Made by a program: the position numbers and the translations under genes | IMG/VR virus record: IMGVR_UViG_3300037041_002188 | Location: 1-54,320 of that record | Strand: one strand, 5' to 3' | Length of the DNA stretch: 54,320 nucleotides | From: a virus | Lineage: Duplodnaviria > Caudoviricetes | Shown: positions 1 through 9,737 of the stretch, in pieces | Layout: every line of letters starts with the position of its first letter | How positions within the stretch are numbered: the first letter of the stretch is position 1 | The notes under the pieces: model-generated | Told to the model about the DNA's origin: nothing | Seen by the model: only the letters and a program-made list of their open reading frames with translations | Databases searched by the model: none

Positions 1-2
1 AA

Positions 3-1619
3 GAGCTTAAAAGTTCTTGGCTAGTCCATTTTACTGATGCTAGTCCGTTAAGTATTCTAAAAGAAGGTTTTAAAGGAAGGGACTATTTTGGAATAGGGTT
101 AACAACCCAATTTAAAAAAGATGCAAATCCCGGTGATCTAGCTTTTGCCTACCCTATTAATAAAATCAAAGAGATGTTTCGCTACGGGAACAATGCTGTA
201 GTTTTAAAAGTACCTGAATGCCTAGAAGCATATCATATAGGTGATGAAGAAGATCAGATTATTTTTGATGTAACTAAAGTAACAAAGATGTTCGGACTTG
301 TTTACAAAAAAGGTACTGATGAGTATGCTGTAATAAACAAAAACGGAAAAGAAGTTAAAAGATTTTTGGCTACAAAAGCTAATCTTAAGAAACTTGCGGT
401 GGGGTCAACTAAAACTGTACCAGACAAAGAAGATCTTGAATTCTTTTTTGATGTTGTAAACCAATATACAAGTCCTTTACCTACAGACAGTTTTTCAGGG
501 TTAGGCTATCTTATTACGTGTATCAAAGAATTGCCACAGGGTATATTAGACAAGTATAATGATTACCCTTTTGAAGTATATCGAGGTACACAAATATCTA
601 AGAAAAAGTACACTGAAATTCTTAAAGGTGGTTCTCTGAAAATAAAACCTTCTAGTTGGTCTAAAGATGAAGATGAGGCAATCAAATTTGCAAGAGGTTG
701 GACAGACCCTAAAACGCACTCGATATTGATAACAAAAAAAATTAGTAATTCAGACATACTGCTAGATTTAGAAGCTATGGCAAGTGATGGTTTTTTTGAA
801 ACTACTGCCATAGATATAGATAGGATAGTAGACGAGTCCGAAATTATTTTGAAAGGCATTACAGTTACTAAAGATAATATCCAACTTGTAGATAGAGATG
901 AGGATGCGGAGTATGCACAAGGATCATTACAGTGCATTCTAAAATCAAACCCAAAAACTAAAAGTAATAATACTTTTTCTAGTGTCAAGGATACTGACTT
1001 TCCCTACTACCGTGTTAGTGATTCTAAGCGTAAGCCATCTGCTACAGAAGATGATAGTAGGCACGACCCATACGGCATTTATCTGTTTATTAAAGGTGAG
1101 TATGTTGACGTTGGTGGGTGGTCAGATATGAAATATAGGTGGGATGCAAAATTAAAAAGCGGTACACGTTTACTTGATCTTGGTAATATAAAATTACCTT
1201 TGGCAATTAAACTATTTAAATTAGCAGGTTTGCCTACGTTGAGGGATGTTTGGAATGTTGGTAAACAAGACGGTGTGGGTGGGAGTTATGATATTCCTGA
1301 AGAAGAAGTCAATAACTTATTCTACCCTTTGACTGTAGGAAAAGACAATCCTACCGATGAAGATTTGCGGAAAAATTTAATGTCCAAAAAGCATCTTAAT
1401 GCTTACCGAATTTTGCGCTTACAATATCCTTACTTCAAGACTAACAAAGCGTTTTCACAAATATTTGAATCTGCTGGCTATGATGGGTTAAAAGATGATG
1501 ATGGTGGGGGGCATATTTATCCTATGGAACCTCAAATTATTATTTTCAATCCAGCCAACATCATATGGGGAAATTTAGAAAAGAATATAGCTGATGATGA
1601 TGTCTATTGCTTGCAATAA
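3..1619 (+). CDS. Multi-domain protein with three tandem ADP-ribosyltransferase (ART)-like domains; 5'-truncated by the window edge
   Basis: The frame of the 174 ORF is open back to base 3 (ELKSSWLVHFTDASPLSILKEGF...). Domain 1: H-F-T..I.KEGF...EDQIIF. Domain 2: VYRG...SSWS...AIKFA...DESEIIL (R-S-E type). Domain 3: YYR...YGIYL...GYDGL...EPQIIIFNP. Confidence 0.6.
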   Translation, partial: ELKSSWLVHFTDASPLSILKEGFKGRDYFGIGLTTQFKKDANPGDLAFAYPINKIKEMFRYGNNAVVLKVPECLEAYHIGDEEDQIIFDVTKVTKMFGLVYKKGTDEYAVINKNGKEVKRFLATKANLKKLAVGSTKTVPDKEDLEFFFDVVNQYTSPLPTDSFSGLGYLITCIKELPQGILDKYNDYPFEVYRGTQISKKKYTEILKGGSLKIKPSSWSKDEDEAIKFARGWTDPKTHSILITKKISNSDILLDLEAMASDGFFETTAIDIDRIVDESEIILKGITVTKDNIQLVDRDEDAEYAQGSLQCILKSNPKTKSNNTFSSVKDTDFPYYRVSDSKRKPSATEDDSRHDPYGIYLFIKGEYVDVGGWSDMKYRWDAKLKSGTRLLDLGNIKLPLAIKLFKLAGLPTLRDVWNVGKQDGVGGSYDIPEEEVNNLFYPLTVGKDNPTDEDLRKNLMSKKHLNAYRILRLQYPYFKTNKAFSQIFESAGYDGLKDDDGGGHIYPMEPQIIIFNPANIIWGNLEKNIADDDVYCLQ

Positions 1620-1654
1620 AAAAGATTTGATTAAACTAGTTTAATTGGTGGTAT

Positions 1655-4600
1655 ATGGCAAAAGAAACTGATGAAATAGATGTATTTAGTCCTTATGATA
1701 TATTTGAAAACCTAAAAAAGAATAATCTCGACCCCTCTATTTTTGATACTATTGATGAAAGAGATTTCCCCAAGGCACCTAACTTTCTTGAGTTCGCTAT
1801 CGGGCCGCAATTTCTTAACACCTTAATACTACCAAAGCAGGTAGAGATTGGTACTAAATTATTCTGTGATTACTGCCCAAGGTGTTCTAAAGAAGGTTAT
1901 GTTGATAGATTATTCGATCAATCCGTAGGTAATATCAAAGACAACATAGTATTTTTAGAACATGGGGTATGTCCTAAGTGTAAGGTTAATCGCTTTGAAT
2001 TAATTAAATCAAAAGAATTAATCTTTCGGAATGAACTTGTTGGCGTGGCTGGTCAGAGATGTATTCCTAAAGATTCTTTAGTAAATACAAAGCGTGGTGT
2101 TCTTAATTTAAAGGATGTTGTTGTTGGCGACAGTTTGACACATGGGGGTGTTAGTAATTATTTTGAGTCGGGTATGTTACCTTCTCTTCGGCTGAGAACT
2201 AAATATAATTATACTTTAACAGGAGCTAAAGATTCTCATATTGTACCCGTCCTAAAGGTTAGAGATACCACTAAAAGATACACAGAAAAAACTAAATGGA
2301 AAGCTGAATTATATGTAGAAGATAAGCACATAAAAGATTGTGTTGTCGGTGATACTCTCTTATTACATATGGCTGATATGTGGCCCTCTGAACGCTATCA
2401 ATTACCCCTATATACTTTCACTAGGACTAATGCACACTGTAACAATTATAATACTTTTGATTTTCCAACAGAGGTTACCCCTGAACTTGCCCGTATATTA
2501 GGTTATGTAATAGCTAATGGTGAATGCACGAGAAAATATAATATCAGAGTTATGCTAAGTAACGATGAGACAAAGAAAGATTTTATCAGATGTTGTAACG
2601 CTGTATTTGGTAGAGATCCTTCAATAGATAGTGATAGAGAAACGTGTACTTCTTATTCTATTAATGGTATATCTGCGGTACAGTGGTTAACGCAAGTCGT
2701 TGGTTTATGTGTTGAAAAATCTAGGAATAAATCTGTTCCTACATGTATTATGCAATCACCTAAAGAGATTATATGTGACTTTTTAATGGCTCTTTTTGAA
2801 TGCGATGGCAACATCTACCATGAAAAAAATAGTGTGTCTATTCGAATCCAGTATGCCTCTGTTTCAAAAAAGTTGATTTATCAAGTACGTTTGTTATTAC
2901 TTAATATGGGTATTGTGACTAGATGTGAGAAATACCAAACTGTTGGTTTTAAACAAAACAATATTTATACCGATGATGTTGAAGAAGGTAAGGAAGGTTA
3001 TTCATTATCTACAAAAAATGCTGAATTTGTCAGAAGGTTTTCAAATTTAATAAAGTTTGTAAGTAAGCAAAAAGTAGATATTCTGTCCAGTATTGTAGCT
3101 ACTGGCAGATTTTGTTTTCATACTCCTGTCGGAGACTTTTTATACAAGTCATTTGATAAATGGAATCCATTATTAAAAGAGTTATATCTAAAAGGGTATT
3201 TCCCTGTTCCAATAGAACATATTGAAGATGGTCCTGATATGGAGATGGCAGATGTCAGCATACCAGATACTAATCTTTATACTGCTGATGGATTTGTCCA
3301 TCACAATTCAGGTAAAACTAAATTAGTAGGATTACTTGCCGCATATGTTAACCATAGATTCCTTAAGATACCTAGTCCTATTAGAACATTTAATCAGACT
3401 TCAGGTGATATGTTAGCAGGTACCTTTTCTGCTCTTTCTGCGGACCATAGCTTTAGAAACCTCTGGCAAGCCTTTAAGGGTTTCATGGATGGCTCCCCTT
3501 GGTTCCAGAACTACCATCGCTTTATTAAAGGTGAAGAAAAAAGATTAGGTGTAGAATTACTTCATGAATTAAAAGCATCTATTTTTTATGGTCACAAGCA
3601 TCTCATGTGGTCTGCTACTGGATCACAAGATAGAAAGATGCGTGGAGATACTCGTATTTTTGCTGCAATCGATGAGCTTGGTTGGATGATTTCAGATGAA
3701 CAAAAAGCTGATCTTCAAAACATGAATGCAGATGCTATCTATACCGCACTATCTAACTCATTAACAACTATGAGAACTAAATTTAATAGAGTTTACAATG
3801 CTGAAAACTTTGATCTACCACCTATATTCATGTGCAACATTTCATCACCTAGTTCAGTAAAAGATAAGATTATGCGCCTTAGTAAAGAGGCTAAGAGAAA
3901 TGATCGCATTTTTGCTATCCAGTGTGCCTCTTGGGAGATGAACCCTGACTATACCTACGAGGCTCTAAGAGAAGAGATGTCCCATATTGATGAGCTAACC
4001 TTTGCTCGTGACTTCGGGGCTGAACCACCTTTAGCATCAAACCCATTTATTCCAGAGCCTCGTCTTATTGATAAGATCGCTACGGGGGAACCCTTTACTA
4101 GCTTTACATGTACAGAATATCAAGAGAAGGATTTTCTTGGTGACTATTTCAAATCTGTGAAATTAAATATTTTGAAACCCGACAAGAATATCCCACGTCT
4201 AGTCTCTTTTGACTTAGGTAGTATGAAAAACTCTTTAGCAGTTTGTTTATTTTCATTAACTCCTGATTTAAAGCCTAAACTTGAGTTTGCTTTTGCAGTA
4301 AGACCTACTAATAAAATTAGAGCCAATATAGCTAAATTTTTTGAAGATTTTACAGTGACTCTAGTGACACACTTCTCTATCAAACATGCATTCTTTGATC
4401 GCTGGCAATCCTTAGATCAAATTGAAAGACTCAAAGGTATGGGTGTCAACGCTCAAGTACATAGTGTAACCTATAAAGAAATGGATTCAATAAGAGGTTC
4501 TATTTTATCCCAAAGCATAGTTATGCCTAAATTAGAACACACGATGGACAAATATGTACGGGAGTATATAGAAGATATTCAGCATATTGATGCACTTGCT

Positions 4601-4900
4601 TTACTTGGGTTACAGTTTTTAACTGTAAGGGATATGGGCCATAAAATGGCTAAACCTTTACTTGGTGATGACGATGTTTTCAGAGCTTTTGTTTTAGGGG
4701 CTACGATGCTATCAGATCCTAAAGTAAAAGAAGAATATTTAAAACAAGGCGTGGAGATCAAAACGGGTCAAACTGTAGCATACTTGGGTACGGTCAGGTT
4801 ACGTTCTGCTGGTGGGGGTATGGGTGCAGGGGGAGCTATTGAGGGTGAAAAGGGTAAGATGCTTGGAACAATAAAATCTCGTAGGGGAATGGGGAAATAA
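1655..4900 (+). CDS. terL: Terminase large subunit containing an intein
   Basis: Walker A GVAGQR/SGKT split by the intein, Walker B AAIDELG, nuclease-like SFDLG and FFDRWQS and a late DD motif, N-terminal CxxC pairs; lies upstream of the portal-like gene. Confidence 0.9.
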   Translation: MAKETDEIDVFSPYDIFENLKKNNLDPSIFDTIDERDFPKAPNFLEFAIGPQFLNTLILPKQVEIGTKLFCDYCPRCSKEGYVDRLFDQSVGNIKDNIVFLEHGVCPKCKVNRFELIKSKELIFRNELVGVAGQRCIPKDSLVNTKRGVLNLKDVVVGDSLTHGGVSNYFESGMLPSLRLRTKYNYTLTGAKDSHIVPVLKVRDTTKRYTEKTKWKAELYVEDKHIKDCVVGDTLLLHMADMWPSERYQLPLYTFTRTNAHCNNYNTFDFPTEVTPELARILGYVIANGECTRKYNIRVMLSNDETKKDFIRCCNAVFGRDPSIDSDRETCTSYSINGISAVQWLTQVVGLCVEKSRNKSVPTCIMQSPKEIICDFLMALFECDGNIYHEKNSVSIRIQYASVSKKLIYQVRLLLLNMGIVTRCEKYQTVGFKQNNIYTDDVEEGKEGYSLSTKNAEFVRRFSNLIKFVSKQKVDILSSIVATGRFCFHTPVGDFLYKSFDKWNPLLKELYLKGYFPVPIEHIEDGPDMEMADVSIPDTNLYTADGFVHHNSGKTKLVGLLAAYVNHRFLKIPSPIRTFNQTSGDMLAGTFSALSADHSFRNLWQAFKGFMDGSPWFQNYHRFIKGEEKRLGVELLHELKASIFYGHKHLMWSATGSQDRKMRGDTRIFAAIDELGWMISDEQKADLQNMNADAIYTALSNSLTTMRTKFNRVYNAENFDLPPIFMCNISSPSSVKDKIMRLSKEAKRNDRIFAIQCASWEMNPDYTYEALREEMSHIDELTFARDFGAEPPLASNPFIPEPRLIDKIATGEPFTSFTCTEYQEKDFLGDYFKSVKLNILKPDKNIPRLVSFDLGSMKNSLAVCLFSLTPDLKPKLEFAFAVRPTNKIRANIAKFFEDFTVTLVTHFSIKHAFFDRWQSLDQIERLKGMGVNAQVHSVTYKEMDSIRGSILSQSIVMPKLEHTMDKYVREYIEDIQHIDALALLGLQFLTVRDMGHKMAKPLLGDDDVFRAFVLGATMLSDPKVKEEYLKQGVEIKTGQTVAYLGTVRLRSAGGGMGAGGAIEGEKGKMLGTIKSRRGMGK
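2060..3307 (+). mobile_element. Intein (416 aa) with LAGLIDADG homing endonuclease inside TerL
   Basis: Starts CIPKDSLV, ends FVHHN followed by the +1 Ser; LAGLIDADG-like blocks LARILGYVIANG and FLMALFECDG; excision restores the P-loop GQRSGKT. Confidence 0.93.
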
Positions 4901-4902
4901 AA

Positions 4903-5223
4903 ATGGAAAATTCTGAAACAGAAACACAAGCTGATATGACACAGAGAAGTATTGAAGATTCAATAAAGGTACGTAAGAGAAGGCACCGGTTAAAGAAAAA
5001 GTTTGTATCTCTTTTAGTTAGTAAGGGTATGGCTGAGTATATTCGATTTTATGAATCCTCTTGGCTTATGTGGGAGTATTACATAAATGCTGAACTAAAA
5101 ATTGTTGACAAAATGTTCGAGGGTGGTTCCATATTACCTATGATGCGAAATAGTAGAGATCAAGAACTTGTCAAACTTCAGATCAAAGAGATCCTGAAGG
5201 CAATTAGGCATATTCAAAAATAA
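4903..5223 (+). CDS. Hypothetical protein
   Basis: 106 aa ORF starting 2 nt after terL on the same strand. Confidence 0.6.
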   Translation: MENSETETQADMTQRSIEDSIKVRKRRHRLKKKFVSLLVSKGMAEYIRFYESSWLMWEYYINAELKIVDKMFEGGSILPMMRNSRDQELVKLQIKEILKAIRHIQK

Positions 5224-5238
5224 CTATTAAATTTAATA

Positions 5239-5598
5239 ATGAATAACTATAAGGAGCTTTTTATGGGAATTGATTGTGCCAAAAAAGTCGCTGAAATAGA
5301 TTTCATATATGACCTTGGGCTAAGGCGTAGTGAATTTAAATCTATAACAGCTAAACTACATCAAATAAAAGCAAGGTATTCATCAGATGATGAATGGTTA
5401 GCAGCAATACAGTCTTTGACTAATTCTGTTAGAAGTGATCCACTAAAGGATGAAATCAAGAAGCAAGCCTATGCTGTTAGTCAACTATGCCCTGTGTGTG
5501 GAAAGGTTAGTGAGCCTATTACACTTATGAGAAACCGGAAGGCTTTTTATTGTAAACAACATAGGGCTGTTTCACCTGCAATTATTGCTGAGAACTAA
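5239..5598 (+). CDS. Hypothetical protein with C-terminal zinc finger
   Basis: CPVC...CKQH motif; lies between terL and portal. Confidence 0.65.
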   Translation: MNNYKELFMGIDCAKKVAEIDFIYDLGLRRSEFKSITAKLHQIKARYSSDDEWLAAIQSLTNSVRSDPLKDEIKKQAYAVSQLCPVCGKVSEPITLMRNRKAFYCKQHRAVSPAIIAEN

Positions 5599-5631
5599 AA
5601 TTAAGAGATATTAAGAGATAGAGGAATAATC

Positions 5632-7986
5632 ATGCCGTTGTTTAAGTTCAACTCACATCCAGCACCGGGGTATCATGCAGATGGTTCTTTTGTAATTCAA
5701 GATGCCAAAATGGCAGCTAGTCTTAAGACCAAGAAAAAAGTAACGGCTGATATTTGCGGTGGTGGTGGTGCCGGAACAGGGAGTGGTGGTTATGGTACTG
5801 GGATGGGCGGTAGCTCGTTCGGTGGTGGTATGGGTGGTGGTGCTGGTACCTTTGGTGATCCGGGGTTAGGTAATAGCTCATTCGGTGGTGGGATGTCTGG
5901 AGCTACGGTAGACAGATATAACCCTATTAGAGATCGCCTCGATGAAGGTAGTATTGTTGAAGATTGGATTCCAAGGGACGCATCTGGCTTAGATGAGATG
6001 TTTAAGCTGATGTATAACAGAGATCATATTGCCGGAGTCGTTGTCGATTTAATTGCAGAGCTACTGTGGTCGGACTTTGATTTACTTGGTGTTCAAGACC
6101 CCGTTATTTTAAATATCTACAGAGACACAATGGCAGCTATTGATCCACTAACATGTGGTCCAGAGCTTACTCGTGAATTTTTAGTTATAGGTCGCTGTGC
6201 ATCCTCTATGATTTTCAATAAAGAAAAAGGGATTTTCAACGACATCATAAGTCACGATCCTAGTTTTTTGAGACTGACTCCAATTCCCATGAAGGGATTT
6301 GATCCTAAAATTGATTTAATCCCCTCACCTGCTATGAGAGCTTTTATTGAGTCCAATGACCCAAGGGATATAGATGCCCGTAAATCACTACCACCAGCAT
6401 ATATAGCAGCAATAAGAGCCGCAGGGAGTGGTAGTGCTGGTACCTCTAGTTACCGACCATCACAACAATTTGGTGGGAGTTCAAATCGAAATGAAACAAT
6501 GGGGATACCATTAGATCCGATTAATACTCTTTTCCTGCCAAGAAAAACATTTGGACATGATAACATTGGAACGTCACTCTACACACGATTAATAACCTTT
6601 TGGGCTTTAGAGAAAGCATTAATTAATGCGACCATGGCATCAGCCAGAAGGCGTTCAAGAAGTATTCTTCATATCAAAGCTGGTATCGATAATATATGGG
6701 AGCCAACCGCACAAGAGATGGACAATATCGCAGGTATGTTCATCCAAGCTGATGAAGATCCTGTAGGTGCGGTTGTGTGTACTAGAACCGGTGTGGATAC
6801 TAATGAAATTAGAGCCGGTCAAGATTTTTACAAGTGGTCTGATGAATGGGCATTATTAAACGAGGGTAAACTTAGAGCACTTGGTAGCAATGATGCGTTA
6901 CTGAGTGGTGATGCGACATATAGTAATCAAGAAGCTGCCCGTATGTTCTTTATGGAAAAAGTCTTAAGACTACGAGAAACACTTACCCAAAGAATATTCT
7001 ACAATAAACTATTTCCATTAATAGCCCGTATTCATGGTTTCAAAAAAAGAACTACAGCCGAACTGCAACATAAAATTCGAATGACGGGTGATAGTAAGTC
7101 TGAACCAGTACGGTTAACTCAACGGCAATCACTTGAAATACCTGACAGTGAGTTAATAGTTCCTACTATTAGCTGGCGTAAAGAGCTTGTCAGTAACGTC
7201 AATGCTGAAAAACTAGACATCTATGATCGGCTCGAAGAAAAGGGTGTGCCTATCCATTTAAGAGATTGGGCCGCAGCAGGTAATATTGACTTAGATTATC
7301 AAATGGCCGCACTTGAAGATGATGCTGATCTAAGGCAGCAGGTCAATAAGTGGAAACAGTCTTATGAGACTCCAGAGGGAGATGATGGTGCAAATGAAGC
7401 TAGGTTACAGTTTATAGAGTCGCTTAGAGGTTTATCGCACTCTAGTTTAAAACAAGCACTAGGTTCATCTATTCAAGAACTAGGCCCGCTTTCTAATTAT
7501 ATCTTCTGGGGTACTAACGCTTCACTGGGACCAATGAAAGCAACAGAACTAATTTCTTTTCTTCAGACTATTTCACCTGATGATAATAGCTACAAGATTT
7601 TAGCAGACCCTATGACATTAAGGCACCGCTTGATACAGCATTTTCAAAACAATATTAAAGCTGAGATTGCATACTACTTGATGTTTAGAAGTGGTTTAAC
7701 ACCAACTAAGCCTACGTTATCCAATGAGAGTATATCCGTTATCTCTAGTCAGATAAAGGCATCCTTGGATCAGTATGCAGTACATGGTCAAGTATATCAG
7801 TTAGGAAAAGTCGCTGAGAAGGAATTAAGTATAATAGGTGCTTTGAGTGAGGATAGGATTGTACAAAAAAGAGGAGCTATTGATAAGAAATCTCAAACTG
7901 TAGATAAGATGATACGAGATAAATCTTCCAGTATTCCTACGGATAAACTTTCAAATAAGAGTAATAACTTATTTTCGGGGATTTAA
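5632..7986 (+). CDS. Putative portal protein with Gly-rich insertions
   Basis: 784 aa, strong SD (GAGGA), near terL; portal-like segments (GTSLYTRL..W.LEKALINA, KLRALG....LLSGDATYSN); GSSFGGGM repeated near the N-terminus. Confidence 0.7.
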   Translation: MPLFKFNSHPAPGYHADGSFVIQDAKMAASLKTKKKVTADICGGGGAGTGSGGYGTGMGGSSFGGGMGGGAGTFGDPGLGNSSFGGGMSGATVDRYNPIRDRLDEGSIVEDWIPRDASGLDEMFKLMYNRDHIAGVVVDLIAELLWSDFDLLGVQDPVILNIYRDTMAAIDPLTCGPELTREFLVIGRCASSMIFNKEKGIFNDIISHDPSFLRLTPIPMKGFDPKIDLIPSPAMRAFIESNDPRDIDARKSLPPAYIAAIRAAGSGSAGTSSYRPSQQFGGSSNRNETMGIPLDPINTLFLPRKTFGHDNIGTSLYTRLITFWALEKALINATMASARRRSRSILHIKAGIDNIWEPTAQEMDNIAGMFIQADEDPVGAVVCTRTGVDTNEIRAGQDFYKWSDEWALLNEGKLRALGSNDALLSGDATYSNQEAARMFFMEKVLRLRETLTQRIFYNKLFPLIARIHGFKKRTTAELQHKIRMTGDSKSEPVRLTQRQSLEIPDSELIVPTISWRKELVSNVNAEKLDIYDRLEEKGVPIHLRDWAAAGNIDLDYQMAALEDDADLRQQVNKWKQSYETPEGDDGANEARLQFIESLRGLSHSSLKQALGSSIQELGPLSNYIFWGTNASLGPMKATELISFLQTISPDDNSYKILADPMTLRHRLIQHFQNNIKAEIAYYLMFRSGLTPTKPTLSNESISVISSQIKASLDQYAVHGQVYQLGKVAEKELSIIGALSEDRIVQKRGAIDKKSQTVDKMIRDKSSSIPTDKLSNKSNNLFSGI

Positions 7987-7987
7987 T

Positions 7988-8347
7988 ATGTTAACTAAAG
8001 CAGAACTAAAGAAACAATTAAGTAAACTCGGTGTTCAGGTAACTGGTAACCATGTTAAGAAAAAAGATCTAGTCAGGATATTAGCTGATGATAAACCACA
8101 AAAAGAATATTTTAGCGCAGATGTCAAAGAAATAGTGTTCGATGTTTATGTTGGTGGTAGTGATATCGATAAATCTACATTACTTAATTTTAATGAAGCC
8201 TTGTGGAGTTGTGTTCCCAAAGAGTTAGAAGGTCCGAGAGATGGGACTTATAAAATGACTTTTGATGTTGATGATGATTCAAATATGTCTGCATTTGTCG
8301 AGAATATAAAAAAAACGGTAGTGTCCGCTATTAGCAAGGTAATTTGA
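7988..8347 (+). CDS. Hypothetical protein with basic N-terminal leader shared with 9738..10415
   Basis: 119 aa immediately after the portal; leader KAELKKQLSKLGVQVTGNHVKKKDL. Confidence 0.7.
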   Translation: MLTKAELKKQLSKLGVQVTGNHVKKKDLVRILADDKPQKEYFSADVKEIVFDVYVGGSDIDKSTLLNFNEALWSCVPKELEGPRDGTYKMTFDVDDDSNMSAFVENIKKTVVSAISKVI

Positions 8348-8362
8348 TTTCAGGGGGTTACT

Positions 8363-8929
8363 ATGACCAGAAACGTAATAGGAATTGCAGGTATCGAAAG
8401 TGTCAGAGACAAAAACGATAACGTGAAATATTATTCTGTTACGTTTTTGAATAACCTCTACACATGGCAGAAAGACCACCCTAAAGATGTATTGCATATC
8501 ATAGATGCCCGGAAGTTCCTTAAAAGTAAAACTCCTATAACAGATATCTGGAATGAAGCTAGGTCGGCATTTGGTACAGGTGGTATCGATTGCTTAGTTT
8601 ATTCTGGCCATGCTACTGATGAGCATTTGTGGCTCTATACACATGTGTTGAAAACCCATCCTCATGAGGAAAGATGTATCGGATGGGAATTTGATTTTAC
8701 CGCACCTTTTAATCCCGATGCAGAAATATGGCTAATGGGGTGTCAGTGCGGTGGGCATGATGGTAAGAAATGGCTTAATAGCATAGCCCAAGTAATGGCA
8801 GATAAACTCGATAGGCGTGTGTGGGCTTTTGTAAGCAAGTGCGCTCAGAAGAAAATAAAGGGTGGTTACTATCAGGTTCCTGATATCGGTGGGTATGTTG
8901 AGTTTGTGAAACAACAGGGTGTTGTATGA
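8363..8929 (+). CDS. DUF4347/caspase-like (clan CD) His-Cys peptidase-fold protein
   Basis: Hydrophobic strand followed by SGHA, then hydrophobic strand followed by LMGC; SD GGGG. Confidence 0.55.
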   Translation: MTRNVIGIAGIESVRDKNDNVKYYSVTFLNNLYTWQKDHPKDVLHIIDARKFLKSKTPITDIWNEARSAFGTGGIDCLVYSGHATDEHLWLYTHVLKTHPHEERCIGWEFDFTAPFNPDAEIWLMGCQCGGHDGKKWLNSIAQVMADKLDRRVWAFVSKCAQKKIKGGYYQVPDIGGYVEFVKQQGVV

Positions 8930-9408
8930 ATTCATCTCCAAACCATATAAATTTTAACCAATTTCACACCTTGTTAGCTGCGTTACGTAAAGTTGTCGCT
9001 GAAGCACAACTTACTTGGTCCGATGATTATGATGGTGAGGATTTGGGTGATGCCGTAGATCACTACAATTACATTAGTAATCTTAATTTTGGTAAAGGGG
9101 TAGACATTAACTCTGTTGAAAACACAGGTACAGAGTTGTTTGACCCTAAAGATATTTTATCTAGTAAAATTAAAAATAAAAAACCTGTGGGTTGGCTGAA
9201 AGAGTTTCCTAGATCTTCTTGGGTAGATGAATTCAAAAATGTATATGGTAGAGACTTAACACACATACTGGAAGCTGAAGATATTAACCTGCCTATTATG
9301 ATTGAAGATACATTGTGTGATGGTTATGCAAGAGTGACACTAGCGTATGCATTAGATGAGAAAGTTCCTATAGCTATTTTTGAGGGGATTTCTGAAGAAA
9401 CAGATTAA
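8926..9408 (+). CDS. ParB/Srx-like domain protein
   Basis: C-terminal PIMIEDTLCDGYARV resembles the ParB P(I/V)..DG.HR motif; ATGA overlap with the upstream gene. Confidence 0.5.
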   Translation: MNSSPNHINFNQFHTLLAALRKVVAEAQLTWSDDYDGEDLGDAVDHYNYISNLNFGKGVDINSVENTGTELFDPKDILSSKIKNKKPVGWLKEFPRSSWVDEFKNVYGRDLTHILEAEDINLPIMIEDTLCDGYARVTLAYALDEKVPIAIFEGISEETD

Positions 9409-9427
9409 TAAAAAAGGAGAACTATTT

Positions 9428-9724
9428 ATGTTAACAAACCCTACAACAATTATTCGAGATGGTGATGGGAACTCTATTGGTAACATAGTTGAGTTCTCTA
9501 TCAAACTTCAGATGAATGATCCTGTCATATATGTCACATACATGTGTTATAAAACCGATGAAAAAGGCATAGCTAAAATTCAACAAGGCAACATTGTTTA
9601 CAATGTACTTCAAAGTTGGGAAGCTACGCTCCTAGCATGTAAAACAACTAATGTTGGCTTGGAGATCATGGTGAGTAAGCCGCAGTGGATGGGTGAGCAT
9701 AGGGTAGCTTATAGTGGGAAGTAA
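9428..9724 (+). CDS. Hypothetical protein
   Basis: SD AAGGAG before ATG at 9428 (the track start at 9380 is probably too long). Confidence 0.6.
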   Translation: MLTNPTTIIRDGDGNSIGNIVEFSIKLQMNDPVIYVTYMCYKTDEKGIAKIQQGNIVYNVLQSWEATLLACKTTNVGLEIMVSKPQWMGEHRVAYSGK

Positions 9725-9737
9725 GAAAAGAGTCAAT

